This document shows positions 45,078-54,403 of a stretch of DNA of 60,602 nt, one piece after another. The stretch comes from Pseudomonadota bacterium (GTDB taxonomy: Bacteria > Pseudomonadota > Gammaproteobacteria > Burkholderiales > SG8-39), in the NCBI GenBank assembly GCA_038040245.1, contig JBBPIU010000001.1, positions 1-60,602 of the forward strand, in the 5' to 3' direction. Position numbers and translations under genes: made by a program. Under the pieces are notes generated by a model. It worked only from the letters and a program-made list of their open reading frames with translations, was not told the DNA's origin and ran no database searches. Numbering within the stretch: position 1 is the stretch's first letter; each line of letters starts with the position of its first letter.

Positions 45078-45898
45078 GCGGCACGGTCTATCTGGTTGGC
45101 GCCGGCCCCGGCGCGCCGGACCTTCTGACGCTGCGCGCCGCGCGCCTGCTGGAGCGCGCCGACATCGTGTTCCACGATGCGCTGGTACCGCAGGAAATAC
45201 TTTTTTTGGCCTTAAAAGCAATAAAAATCAAAGTCGGGAAGCGCTGCGGCCGGCACTCGACGGCGCAGAATTTCATCAACAAGCGCCTCGTGGATGCCGC
45301 GCGCAAGCACAAGGTGGTCGTGCGCCTGAAGGGCGGCGATCCGATGCTGTTCGGCCGGGCGCATGAAGAGCTTGCCTGGTTGAAGCAGCACCGCATCCGG
45401 TGCGAAATCGTCTCCGGCGTCACCGCGGCGCTTGCCGCTACCGCCGAGATGGGCGTCTCGCTGACCGCGAGAGGCTTGTCGCGTTCCGTCGCATTCCTGA
45501 CCACGCGCGCCGCGGCCGGCGAGCGTCCCAACGACTGGGTGAAGGTGGCGCTTGCTGCCGACACCATCGTGATCTACATGGGCGCCGGAGAAGCCGGAGC
45601 GATCGCGCAGGCGCTGATCGGGGCGGGCAAACCGCCGGCGACGCCGGTCGCGATCGTCGAGCATGCTTCGCTGCCGGGCGTGCGCAAACTCGCCGGCACG
45701 CTGGAACAACTGCCAGAGCTTGCCGAGCGTTGCGGCAACGGGCCGGTGGCGATACTGCTGGGCGAGGTCTATCGGGAAGCTGCCGCGTCGAACATAATCG
45801 CATCGTGGCCAAACAAGCAATCGTCCGGCGAGCAGTTATCCTCTTTTCCCACGGTGCGCGCGACCCGCAGTGGGCGCGCCCGTTCCAGCAACTCGTAA
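45074..45898 (+). CDS. cobA: uroporphyrinogen-III C-methyltransferase (SUMT)
   Basis: ATGA overlap with DUF934. VYLVGAGPGAPDLLTLRA, RLKGGDPMLFGR. Confidence 0.9.
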   Translation: MSGTVYLVGAGPGAPDLLTLRAARLLERADIVFHDALVPQEILFLALKAIKIKVGKRCGRHSTAQNFINKRLVDAARKHKVVVRLKGGDPMLFGRAHEELAWLKQHRIRCEIVSGVTAALAATAEMGVSLTARGLSRSVAFLTTRAAAGERPNDWVKVALAADTIVIYMGAGEAGAIAQALIGAGKPPATPVAIVEHASLPGVRKLAGTLEQLPELAERCGNGPVAILLGEVYREAAASNIIASWPNKQSSGEQLSSFPTVRATRSGRARSSNS

Positions 45899-46185
45899 CC
45901 GAGCTCGGCGAACTGCTGCCCGGCGAGCGCATCGTGCTCGCCTTCCTGGAATTGATGCAGCCGTCGCTGCCGGAGTGCGCCGCGTCGCTGCATGGCGAAG
46001 GCGTGCGCGGCCTGCGGGTGGTGCCGGTGTTCCTCGGCATGGGCGGACATCTGAAGGATGACTTGCCAAAGCTCGTCGCGAAGATTCGTGGGCATTTTCC
46101 GGATCTGCAGATCACCGTTGATCCGCCGATCGGCGAGCAGCCTGAAGTCATAGCGGCAATAGCGCGCGCGATAGCGGCGCGCTAG
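45805..46185 (+). CDS. cbiX: small CbiX-type sirohydrochlorin chelatase
   Basis: GTG 45805. AVILFSHGARDP..., VVPVFLGMGGHLKDDLP. Overlaps the non-conserved cobA tail by 94 nt. Confidence 0.75.
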   Translation: MAKQAIVRRAVILFSHGARDPQWARPFQQLVTELGELLPGERIVLAFLELMQPSLPECAASLHGEGVRGLRVVPVFLGMGGHLKDDLPKLVAKIRGHFPDLQITVDPPIGEQPEVIAAIARAIAAR

Positions 46186-46186
46186 T

Positions 46187-46669
46187 TCAGCGCCTGCGGA
46201 AGGCGAGCCAGGCGGCGTACAGCGCCAGCGCCGCGAAGCAGGCAAGCGACCACTCGGCAATGGAGAAGCCGAGGAACCTCCAATTCACCTCCGCGCACTG
46301 TCCCGAACCCAGAAACAGTTTCTCGAGCAGGCGGCGAAGGGGGAAGTTCTCCATCATGAAGAAGAGGTCCGGGCCGCACGCAGGCACTTGATCCACCGGA
46401 AGATGCTGCAGCCAGACCTGGCGCGCCGCGACGCCGAAGCCGCCCAGCGCCAGAACGGCCGCAACGGCGCAATAGACGGCATTGCCCGTCTTTTTCGGGC
46501 CATGCAGTGCAGCAATGGCGAATACCGCGATCACCCCATAGTAGAAGCCCCGCTGCACCAGGCACAGCGGACAGGGGCCCTGGCTGTCGAAGTATTGCAG
46601 GTAGTAGCCGAACCCGAGCAGCCCGGCGCAAACCAGCGCCGGCGCCGCGTAAAGAAGCCCGTGTTTCAT
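46187..46669 (-). CDS. dsbB: disulfide bond formation protein B
   Basis: 160 aa from the ATG at 46669. Four TM segments, CPLC and a second Cys pair. Confidence 0.88.
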   Translation of the reverse strand: MKHGLLYAAPALVCAGLLGFGYYLQYFDSQGPCPLCLVQRGFYYGVIAVFAIAALHGPKKTGNAVYCAVAAVLALGGFGVAARQVWLQHLPVDQVPACGPDLFFMMENFPLRRLLEKLFLGSGQCAEVNWRFLGFSIAEWSLACFAALALYAAWLAFRRR

Positions 46670-46674
46670 GGAAA

Positions 46675-47259
46675 TTATTTTAAGAGAAGGCGCGCGGCCT
46701 GCGCCGCCACTTCGTCCAGCGACAGGCGGCCGCCGGGGCGGTACCACTTCGCGGCCCAGTTGATCGCGCCGAGCACCAACAGCCGCGCGAGCTGCGGGTC
46801 GCCCGAGATGAGCTTTTCGCGCGCGAGTTCATCCAGCATCTTCTGCCAGAGCGCGTCGTAGCGGTCCCTGAGCGCGATCACGCGGCGCCGGTTGCCGGGC
46901 GTGAGCGAACGCCAGTCGTAGAGCAGCACCGGGATGAAGTCGTTGCCATCTTCCAGGATGGTGCCCAGGTGGGAGCGTACGAGCCGGCGGAACTTCTCCT
47001 GCGGCGGCAGGCGCTCGGCGAGCACCGCCTCGGACCTGCGCAAACCCTCGGTGAGGCCCTGCTCCATCACCGCGAGCAGCATCTCCTGCTTGTTGGGGAA
47101 GTGGTAGAACGGGCTGCCCGAATGCATGCCGGCGGCCGACGAGATGTCGCGGACGGTGGCGCCGTCGAAGCCCTTCTCACGGAACAGGCGCGCGCAGACG
47201 CGCAGCAGCGCCTCGCGGCGGTTGCCGTCGGCCGGATCCTTTTTTGTTTTTCTTTTCAA
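46675..47259 (-). CDS. TetR/AcrR-family transcriptional regulator
   Basis: 194 aa. The HTH region LLRVCARLFREKGFDGATVRDISSAAGMHSGSPFYHF. TTG start overlapping the upstream TGA (TTGA). Confidence 0.85.
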   Translation of the reverse strand: MKRKTKKDPADGNRREALLRVCARLFREKGFDGATVRDISSAAGMHSGSPFYHFPNKQEMLLAVMEQGLTEGLRRSEAVLAERLPPQEKFRRLVRSHLGTILEDGNDFIPVLLYDWRSLTPGNRRRVIALRDRYDALWQKMLDELAREKLISGDPQLARLLVLGAINWAAKWYRPGGRLSLDEVAAQAARLLLK

Positions 47260-47609
47260 TCTTTACGCAACCTCGGGAGATCGGCGGGCGCCTCGATTTC
47301 CATGCGCAACAGCTGCGCGGCGACGTTCTTGCCGAGGTTGTCCATCCTGAGCGAGCGCGCCGCGCCGCCCTGCAGCGCGCCGTTGAGCACGATCTTGAGC
47401 GCAAGGATATTGTCCAGCGGCCAGAGCTCCACGGGCCCCGCGCCCATCGCGGCGAAATGCTTTGCGAGTCGCTCCTTGGTGACTTCGCGCTTGAGCACCG
47501 CGTAGGTCTCGGCGTCGAAGGCAAACAGGCCGATGTCCGCGCGGTCCGCCTTGTCGCCCGAGCGTGCGTGAGCGATTTTCCAGAGGGGCGTGAGGGTCAA
47601 TTGCGGCAT
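47256..47609 (-). CDS. small AtuA-partner protein (DUF4387-like), copy 2
   Basis: 117 aa. 1-nt overlap with the upstream AtuA-family gene. AHARSGDKAD motif. Confidence 0.75.
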   Translation of the reverse strand: MPQLTLTPLWKIAHARSGDKADRADIGLFAFDAETYAVLKREVTKERLAKHFAAMGAGPVELWPLDNILALKIVLNGALQGGAARSLRMDNLGKNVAAQLLRMEIEAPADLPRLRKD

Positions 47610-48991
47610 CAGATTTTTTCGATTTCTATTTTCATGTTTTTTTCTGCAAGATCTCTCGAAACCAAAGTCGGCCAAATTCCCAACAGTTCTTTTGCGGGCT
47701 GTACGCCCTTCATGCTGCCGACGTACGGCGGACCCGAAAGACCCAGCCAGGGGAAAAGCCTGCCGAAGCCGTCCGCGATCCGCCGGTCCTTCGTGCGGAT
47801 GGTCATGCGCAGGAAACACTCGTTCAGTTCATCCCGGTACGTCGGATCGGCGTTCTCGCCCAGCAGGGAGTTGTAGCCGATGTACTCGATGTTCGTGTCT
47901 TCGACCGCCCAGCCGCGCTCCTCGACCAGCGTCTGGATGATTTGCGCGCTTTTCTCGCATTTGGCATAGGCCTCGGGCCAGGCGAAGCCGATCATCCCGG
48001 TGCCCATCCAGCCGTCCTGGTAGCCGGCGACGATTTTCAGCCTGGCCGGCCGCGCCGCGCCCGAGGCGCCGGAAATCCGCACCCGGTCGCCGCCTTCGTC
48101 GTCGAACCTGAGCGTGCCCATGTCGAGCACCACGTCGGGCGAAACGTAGGCGTGCGGGTTGTGCACCTCGTAGAGCAGCTGCTGGCGGATGGTGTCGAAG
48201 GAGATCAGGCCGCCCGTGCCCGGAGGCTTGGTAAAGAGCGCGCTGCCGTCTTCGGACACTTCGGCGATCGGATAGCCGAGGTGCGCGTAGTCGGGCACCT
48301 TGGCCCATTCCCCGGCCGAGCCGAAATTGCCGCCCGAGCCCTGACCCGAACATTCGAGCAGGTGGCCCAGCGTCAGGCCGGCGGCCATCCGGTTCCAGTC
48401 GTCCCAATGCCAGCCGAACTCGTGCGCCAGTGGCCCGAGCGTGAGCGCGGCATCCGCGACGCGCCCCGTGAGCACGATGTCGGCGCCGCGCGACAAGGCG
48501 TCTGCGATCGGTTGCGCGCCCAGATAGGTGTTGGCGAACAACATGCGCTCGCGCACCGCCGCGATGTCGGCGCCGGTGTCCATGTGCGCGAGCGGCTCGC
48601 CCGCCGCGCGCAGCTCGTCGATGCGTTCCAGCACCGAATCGCCGCTGACGGTGGCGATGGTCGCTTGCCAGCCCTGGTCGCGGAACGCGCGCGCAATGGC
48701 TTCGCGCGCCCCCTGCGGGTTCAGGCCGCCGGCGTTCAGCACGAACTTGACGCCATGCTTCGCCGCCAGCGGCCAGAGCTCGGTGAGCATCGGCACCGCG
48801 TCGCGCGCGTAGCCCGCCGAAGGGTCCTTCTGCCGGTCTTTCTGCAGGATCGCCAGCGTCAGCTCGGACAGATGGTCGGAGGCGATGTACTGCACGCCGC
48901 CGCGCTCGATCGAGGCGCGCACCGGGCGCCAGGAATCGCCATAGAAACCCAGGCCGGCGCCGATGCGGACGGTTTTCATTGCGTTTTTCAT
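47609..48991 (-). CDS. AtuA-family (DUF1446) protein, copy 2
   Basis: 460 aa (or start at ATG 48979). GHLLECSGQGSGG, LLYEVHNPHAYVSPDV. Confidence 0.85.
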   Translation of the reverse strand: MKNAMKTVRIGAGLGFYGDSWRPVRASIERGGVQYIASDHLSELTLAILQKDRQKDPSAGYARDAVPMLTELWPLAAKHGVKFVLNAGGLNPQGAREAIARAFRDQGWQATIATVSGDSVLERIDELRAAGEPLAHMDTGADIAAVRERMLFANTYLGAQPIADALSRGADIVLTGRVADAALTLGPLAHEFGWHWDDWNRMAAGLTLGHLLECSGQGSGGNFGSAGEWAKVPDYAHLGYPIAEVSEDGSALFTKPPGTGGLISFDTIRQQLLYEVHNPHAYVSPDVVLDMGTLRFDDEGGDRVRISGASGAARPARLKIVAGYQDGWMGTGMIGFAWPEAYAKCEKSAQIIQTLVEERGWAVEDTNIEYIGYNSLLGENADPTYRDELNECFLRMTIRTKDRRIADGFGRLFPWLGLSGPPYVGSMKGVQPAKELLGIWPTLVSRDLAEKNMKIEIEKI

Positions 48992-49062
48992 CGCAATTCA
49001 GTCTAGTTTCCACCCAGGCGAAAAGCAATTGCTTGCTAGAATTCGCGGCGGGAGGAGAAACG

Positions 49063-49941
49063 CTGAACCAGGTACTGCAACTGCTGCTCGCCGGCGTGGC
49101 GCAGGGCTGCGTCTACGCGCTGGTCGCGCTCGGCTTCGTGCTGATCTACAAGGCGACCGAGACGGTCAATTTCGCGCAGGGCGACCTGATGATGCTGGGC
49201 GGCTTCTTCGCGCTCACCGCCAGCGTGATCCTGGGCTGGCCCTACTGGGCGACCATTCTGTTCGCGGTGGTGGCGATGGCGGTCGTCGGCATGCTCATCG
49301 AACGCCTGGTGTTGCATCCGGTGCTCGGCCAGCCCGCCTTCACCGTGGTGATGATCACCATCGGCATCGGTTACGTGCTGCGCGGGGTGGTGACCATGGT
49401 GCCGGGCTGGGGCACGGAGACCTACCAGATTCCGACCCCGTTCTCCGAAGACGTGTGGCCCCTGGGCGGTGTCGTCCTGCCGGTTCAGCAACTCATGGTG
49501 ATCGCGATGACCGCGGGACTGTGTGCGGCCCTGTATCTGTTTTTCCGCTTCTCGAAGCTGGGCGTCGCGATGCAGGCGACCTCGCAGAACCAGCTCGCCT
49601 CGTACTACATGGGCATCCCGGTGCGGCGGGTGAACATGATGATCTGGGGGCTATCCGCGGCAGTCGCCGCGTTTGCCGGGATCCTGCTTGCACCGGTCAC
49701 TTTCGTGCACTCCAACATGGGGTTCATCGGCCTGAAAGCCTTTCCCGCCGCCGTGGTGGGAGGCTTCGGCAGCGTGCCGGGCGCCATCGTCGGCGGCCTG
49801 ATCATCGGCGTGGTGGAGGCGCTCGCGGGTTTCTACCTGGCTGAGGGCTTCAAGGACGTCGCCGCCTACGTGGTCGTGCTTGTCGTGCTGCTGGTCCGGC
49901 CCTCGGGCATCTTCGGCGAAACCGCGCGGAAGAAAGTCTGA
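49063..49941 (+). CDS. LivH-type branched-chain/hydrophobic amino acid ABC permease
   Basis: The N-terminus LNQVLQLLLAGVAQGCVYALVALG is typical LivH. The start is uncertain: CTG 49063 behind GGAGGAG, or TTG 49033. The track start at 48979 overlaps the divergent gene. Confidence 0.8.
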   Translation: MNQVLQLLLAGVAQGCVYALVALGFVLIYKATETVNFAQGDLMMLGGFFALTASVILGWPYWATILFAVVAMAVVGMLIERLVLHPVLGQPAFTVVMITIGIGYVLRGVVTMVPGWGTETYQIPTPFSEDVWPLGGVVLPVQQLMVIAMTAGLCAALYLFFRFSKLGVAMQATSQNQLASYYMGIPVRRVNMMIWGLSAAVAAFAGILLAPVTFVHSNMGFIGLKAFPAAVVGGFGSVPGAIVGGLIIGVVEALAGFYLAEGFKDVAAYVVVLVVLLVRPSGIFGETARKKV

Positions 49942-51014
49942 TGCGATTCGTCTTCAAGACGACCTACGACCAGGACATCCGCCTCGCTAAGCACGGCGGG
50001 CACCTGTTCTGGTACGGCCTGCTGATGGCCGCGCTGCTGGCTGCGCCCTGGTGGGCGGGCGAGTACGTGATGTCGCAGCTGCATTTCATCTGCATCTACT
50101 CCATCGTCGGCTTCGGGCTGATGATGCTCACCGGCTTCACGGGCCAGATCTCGCTCGGACACGCGGCGTTCCTCGCTGTCGGCGCCTACACCGAGGCGCT
50201 GATGCAGGCCGCGGGCGTGCCGTTCTTCATCTCGATCGCCTGCGCGGCGCTGTTCTCCGCGGCCGCGGGGATCATCGTCGGGCTGCCGGCGCTGCGGCTC
50301 AAGGGCATCTATCTCGCCATCGCCACGATCGCCTTCAACGTGATCGTCGAGGAGATCATCACGCGCTGGCACGGTCTCACCGGCGGCAACGAAGGCAAGC
50401 ACCTGAAGCCGGTCGAGATCCTCGGCTGGAAGCTGGCATCCGACGCCGAGTTCTACTACCTGTGTCTCGCGCTCACGGTGCTTTGCTGCCTGGCGTGCGT
50501 GAACCTGCTGCGCTCGCCAACCGGCCGCGCCTTCGTCGCGATCCGCGACTCGGAAATCTCGGCCTCGTGCATGGGCGTCAACCTCGCCAAGTACAAGACC
50601 ATGTCGTTCGCCTTCTCGGCGGCGCTTACCGGCGTCGGCGGCGCGCTCTATGCGCACAAGATCGCCTTCATCTCGCCCGAGCAGTTCACGCTGTTCGCCT
50701 CGATCGAGCTGATCACCATCGTGATCCTCGGCGGCATCGGCTTCCTGCACGGCGCGGTGCTGGGCGCCGCGTTCATCATCGTGCTGCCGCAGCTGATCTC
50801 CATCGCCAAGGACTGGCTGCCCGGGGGCCTGGCGCCCGCGGGTCTGCAGACGGTGGTGTTCGGCCTGATCCTCATCCTGTTCATCATCTTCGAGCCGCTC
50901 GGCCTGTACGGGCGCTGGCTCAAGGTGCGCACCTGGTTCGAGCTGTTCCCCTTCTATCGCCGCGGCATGTTCCGCCGGCAAAAGAGCTACATGAAATCGG
51001 AGCGGCTGCGATGA
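49941..51014 (+). CDS. LivM-type ABC permease
   Basis: 357 aa polytopic protein. 1-nt overlap with the upstream permease gene. Confidence 0.9.
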   Translation: MRFVFKTTYDQDIRLAKHGGHLFWYGLLMAALLAAPWWAGEYVMSQLHFICIYSIVGFGLMMLTGFTGQISLGHAAFLAVGAYTEALMQAAGVPFFISIACAALFSAAAGIIVGLPALRLKGIYLAIATIAFNVIVEEIITRWHGLTGGNEGKHLKPVEILGWKLASDAEFYYLCLALTVLCCLACVNLLRSPTGRAFVAIRDSEISASCMGVNLAKYKTMSFAFSAALTGVGGALYAHKIAFISPEQFTLFASIELITIVILGGIGFLHGAVLGAAFIIVLPQLISIAKDWLPGGLAPAGLQTVVFGLILILFIIFEPLGLYGRWLKVRTWFELFPFYRRGMFRRQKSYMKSERLR

Positions 51015-51775
51015 GCTTCTTCAACGTGGAAAACCTCGGCATCCGCTTCGGCGGCGTGGTCGCGGTGGACCAGGTCAGCTTCGAGGTGAAGCGCGGCGAG
51101 TGCTACACCATCATCGGGCCGAACGGCGCCGGCAAGACCACCATCTTCAATCTCATCGGACTGCTCTATCCCGCGACATCGGGGAAAATATTTTTTCAGC
51201 AAAAGGAACTGACCAATTTCTCGCCGTACCGGGTTGCGGAGCTCGGCATTGCGCGCACCTTCCAGAACATCGAGTTGTTCGAGCACGCCACCGTGCTGCA
51301 GAACCTGCTGATCGGCCGCCACCGCCATCGCAAGACCTCCCTGTGGCAGGAGCTGCTGTTTACGTCGTCGGTGCGCAAGGCGGAACTGGCGCAGCGCGAG
51401 GCGGTGGAGAAAGTGATCGATTTCCTCGACCTGGCGAAAGTCCGCGACAGCCTCGTCGCCGGCCTGCCCTATGGCGTGCGCAAGGTGGTGGAACTCGGCC
51501 GCGCGCTCGCCACCGAGCCGAAATTGCTGTTGCTCGACGAGCCATCCTCGGGCCTCAACCCCGAGGAAACCGACGAGATGGCGTTCTGGATCGAGGACAT
51601 CAAGCGCCACCTCGGGGTGACCGTGCTGATGGTCGAGCACGACATGAACCTGGTGTCGCGCGTTTCGGACCGGGTGCTGGCGCTGAATCTCGGTTCCGTG
51701 ATCGCGCAAGGCACGCCGGCGGAGGTGCAGGCGCATCCGGCGGTCATTGAGGCCTATCTGGGTAAAGCTGCATGA
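51011..51775 (+). CDS. LivG-type ABC ATPase
   Basis: ATGA overlap. Walker A GPNGAGKTT, LLLDEPSSGL. Confidence 0.92.
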   Translation: MSFFNVENLGIRFGGVVAVDQVSFEVKRGECYTIIGPNGAGKTTIFNLIGLLYPATSGKIFFQQKELTNFSPYRVAELGIARTFQNIELFEHATVLQNLLIGRHRHRKTSLWQELLFTSSVRKAELAQREAVEKVIDFLDLAKVRDSLVAGLPYGVRKVVELGRALATEPKLLLLDEPSSGLNPEETDEMAFWIEDIKRHLGVTVLMVEHDMNLVSRVSDRVLALNLGSVIAQGTPAEVQAHPAVIEAYLGKAA

Positions 51776-52545
51776 GTGAAGCCATTCTCGAGCTTGCCAA
51801 TGTTGAAGCGAGCTACGGCCCGGTGCAGGCGCTGCGCGGGGTGACCCTCGCCGTGCCCAAAGGCAAGATCGTGACGGTGCTCGGCGCCAACGGCGCGGGC
51901 AAATCCACCATCCTGAAGACGATCTCGGGAATCATCGATCCGAGCAAGGGCCAGATCCGCTTCGAAGGCGCGGAGATCCAGAACCGCGACCCGGCCTGGA
52001 TCGTGCGCCGCGGCATCAGCCACGTGCCCGAGGGGCGCGAGGTGTTTGCGCTGCTGACAGTGGAAGAGAACCTGCGCATGGGCGCCTACACGCGCAGCGA
52101 CGCCGAGGGCATCGCGCAGGACATCGACATGGTCTACGGCTACTTCCCGATCCTGAAGGAGCGCGCGAAGCAGGAGGCCGGCCTGCTCTCGGGCGGGCAG
52201 CAGCAGATGCTCTCGATCAGCCGCGCGCTGCTGTCGCGGCCGACGCTGATGCTGATGGACGAGCCCAGCCTCGGCCTCTCGCCGTTGCTGACGCAGGAGA
52301 TCTTCCGCATCATCGTGCGCATCAACCGGGAAAAGGGCACCACCATCCTGCTGGTGGAGCAGAATGCCAACATGGCGCTCGAGGTGGCCGACTACGGCTA
52401 CGTGCTCGAGGTCGGCCGCATCGTGATGGAAGATACCTGCAAGCGCCTGCTGGAGAAAGAGGACGTGCAGGAGTTCTATCTCGGCATGAAGGCGCAAGGA
52501 GTGAGGGGACAACGCCGATGGAAGAAAAAGAAGCAGTGGAGGTAA
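51772..52545 (+). CDS. LivF-type ABC ATPase
   Basis: ATGA overlap. Walker A GANGAGKST, LSGGQQQM, LMLMDEPSLGL. Confidence 0.92.
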   Translation: MSEAILELANVEASYGPVQALRGVTLAVPKGKIVTVLGANGAGKSTILKTISGIIDPSKGQIRFEGAEIQNRDPAWIVRRGISHVPEGREVFALLTVEENLRMGAYTRSDAEGIAQDIDMVYGYFPILKERAKQEAGLLSGGQQQMLSISRALLSRPTLMLMDEPSLGLSPLLTQEIFRIIVRINREKGTTILLVEQNANMALEVADYGYVLEVGRIVMEDTCKRLLEKEDVQEFYLGMKAQGVRGQRRWKKKKQWR

Positions 52546-54347
52546 ATACCGTACCCAAGATGTTCTGGCACGGCGTCGCGACCAGGTCCAGGAAAACCAT
52601 CTGCCGCCAGAAGGAGTTCGGCGTCTGGCGCCCCGTCACCTGGGACGACCTGGGACGCTCGGCGCGCGAGATCGGCATGGGCCTCGTCGCCTTAGGCTAC
52701 GAGCCGGCGGAAGTTGTTTCGATTCTTTCCAACACGCGCCAGGAATGGGTGTTCGCCGACCTGGGCGCGCTGGGGGCTGCGGGCGTGGTCAATGGCATCT
52801 ACCCGACCGATGCGGCGGTCCAGGTCGAATACCTGCTGACCGATTCCAGCTCGGTGTTCGTTTTCGTCGAGGACGAGGAGCAGCTGGACAAGGTGCTGGA
52901 AGTGCGCGCGCGCGTTCCCGCGCTGCGCAAGATCTTCGTGTTCGACATGGAGGGTCTGCAGGAGCTGAACGATCCCCAGGTGCTGAGTCTGGACAAGCTG
53001 CGCCTGCTCGGCCGCGAGTACGACGCGGCGCATCCGGGAGAATGGGAGCGGCGCATCGGCCTGCGCAAACCCGAGGACCTCGCGATTCTGGTCTACACCT
53101 CCGGCACGACCGGCAAGTCCAAGGGGGCGATGATTTCGCACAGCAACATCATCGCCACATTGGAATCGCTCGTCCCGGTGTTCACGCAGAACGAACGCGA
53201 CGAGCGCATGTGCTTCCTGCCGCTGTGCCACATCGCCGAACGCGTCGGCGGCGAGTATCAGGCCCTGTTCTCGGGCGCTGTGATGAATTTCGTCGAGAAC
53301 CCGGAAACCGTTCCCGAGAACGTGCGTGAGATCGCACCCACGGTCTTTCTTGCCGTGCCGCGCGTCTGGGAGAAGTTCTACTCCGGCGTCCTGATCGGGA
53401 TCAAACAGGCGGGCGCGTTCCAGCAGTGGGCCTACAAGGTGGCCATAGGGATCGGCTACCGGCAGGCGAAGCTGCGCGAGGAGCGCAAGCCGGTTTCTGC
53501 GGGGCGCGCGTTCGCCTTCTGGCTCGCGCGCCTGCTGGTACTCAACAACGTGCGGCGCGCGATCGGCGTGCATCGCGCGCGCGTGCTTGCGACGGGAGCG
53601 GCGCCGATATCGCCGGACCTGCTGCGCTGGTACATGGCATTGGGGCTGGAGATGGTGGAGGTCTGGGGCATGACGGAAACCTGCGGCGCCGGTACCGCGA
53701 ATCCGATTGGACGCGCCAAGCCGGGGGCGATCGGCCTGCCCGAGCCGACCATCGAAATGAAGGTCTCGCCAGAGGGGGAGCTGCTGGTGCGCAGCGCCAC
53801 GGTGTTCATGGGCTACCTGAACCAGCCGGAGAAGACCGCCGAAACCATCAAGGACGGCTGGCTGCACACGGGCGACGTCGGCAAAGTGGACGACGAGGGC
53901 TATTTCTACATCACCGACCGCATGAAGGACATCATCATCACCGCGGGCGGCAAGAACATCACGCCCTCGGAATTCGAGAACCAGCTCAAGTTCTCGCCCT
54001 ACATCACCGACGCGGTGGTGATCGGCGAGAAGCGCCCTTACCTGACCTCGCTCATCATGATCGACCACGAGAACGTGGAGAAATTCGCGCAGGACAACGC
54101 CGTTCCGTTCTCCAACTACGCGAGCCTGTGCCGGCGCCCGGAGGTGCAGGAACTGATCCAGTCCGAGATCGATCGCATCAACAAGGCGTTCGCGCGCGCA
54201 GAGCAGGTGAAGAAGTTCCGCTTGATCGAGCAGAAGCTGACCGCCGAGGACGAGGAGCTGACGCCGACCATGAAGCTCAAGCGCAGGCTGGTGAATGAAA
54301 AATACAAGGACCTGATCGAGTCCATGTATATGAAGGAAGCCGCTTAG
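52518..54347 (+). CDS. AMP-dependent acyl-CoA synthetase/ligase
   Basis: 609 aa. YTSGTTGKSKGA, GMTET, TPTMKLKRR. Alternative GTG start at 52536. Confidence 0.9.
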   Translation: MEEKEAVEVNTVPKMFWHGVATRSRKTICRQKEFGVWRPVTWDDLGRSAREIGMGLVALGYEPAEVVSILSNTRQEWVFADLGALGAAGVVNGIYPTDAAVQVEYLLTDSSSVFVFVEDEEQLDKVLEVRARVPALRKIFVFDMEGLQELNDPQVLSLDKLRLLGREYDAAHPGEWERRIGLRKPEDLAILVYTSGTTGKSKGAMISHSNIIATLESLVPVFTQNERDERMCFLPLCHIAERVGGEYQALFSGAVMNFVENPETVPENVREIAPTVFLAVPRVWEKFYSGVLIGIKQAGAFQQWAYKVAIGIGYRQAKLREERKPVSAGRAFAFWLARLLVLNNVRRAIGVHRARVLATGAAPISPDLLRWYMALGLEMVEVWGMTETCGAGTANPIGRAKPGAIGLPEPTIEMKVSPEGELLVRSATVFMGYLNQPEKTAETIKDGWLHTGDVGKVDDEGYFYITDRMKDIIITAGGKNITPSEFENQLKFSPYITDAVVIGEKRPYLTSLIMIDHENVEKFAQDNAVPFSNYASLCRRPEVQELIQSEIDRINKAFARAEQVKKFRLIEQKLTAEDEELTPTMKLKRRLVNEKYKDLIESMYMKEAA

Positions 54348-54403
54348 GGTGCTAAAGTAGCGGACACAGGGATAAAATGCCCATTCCGCTAGAGGAGAAA
54401 ATC

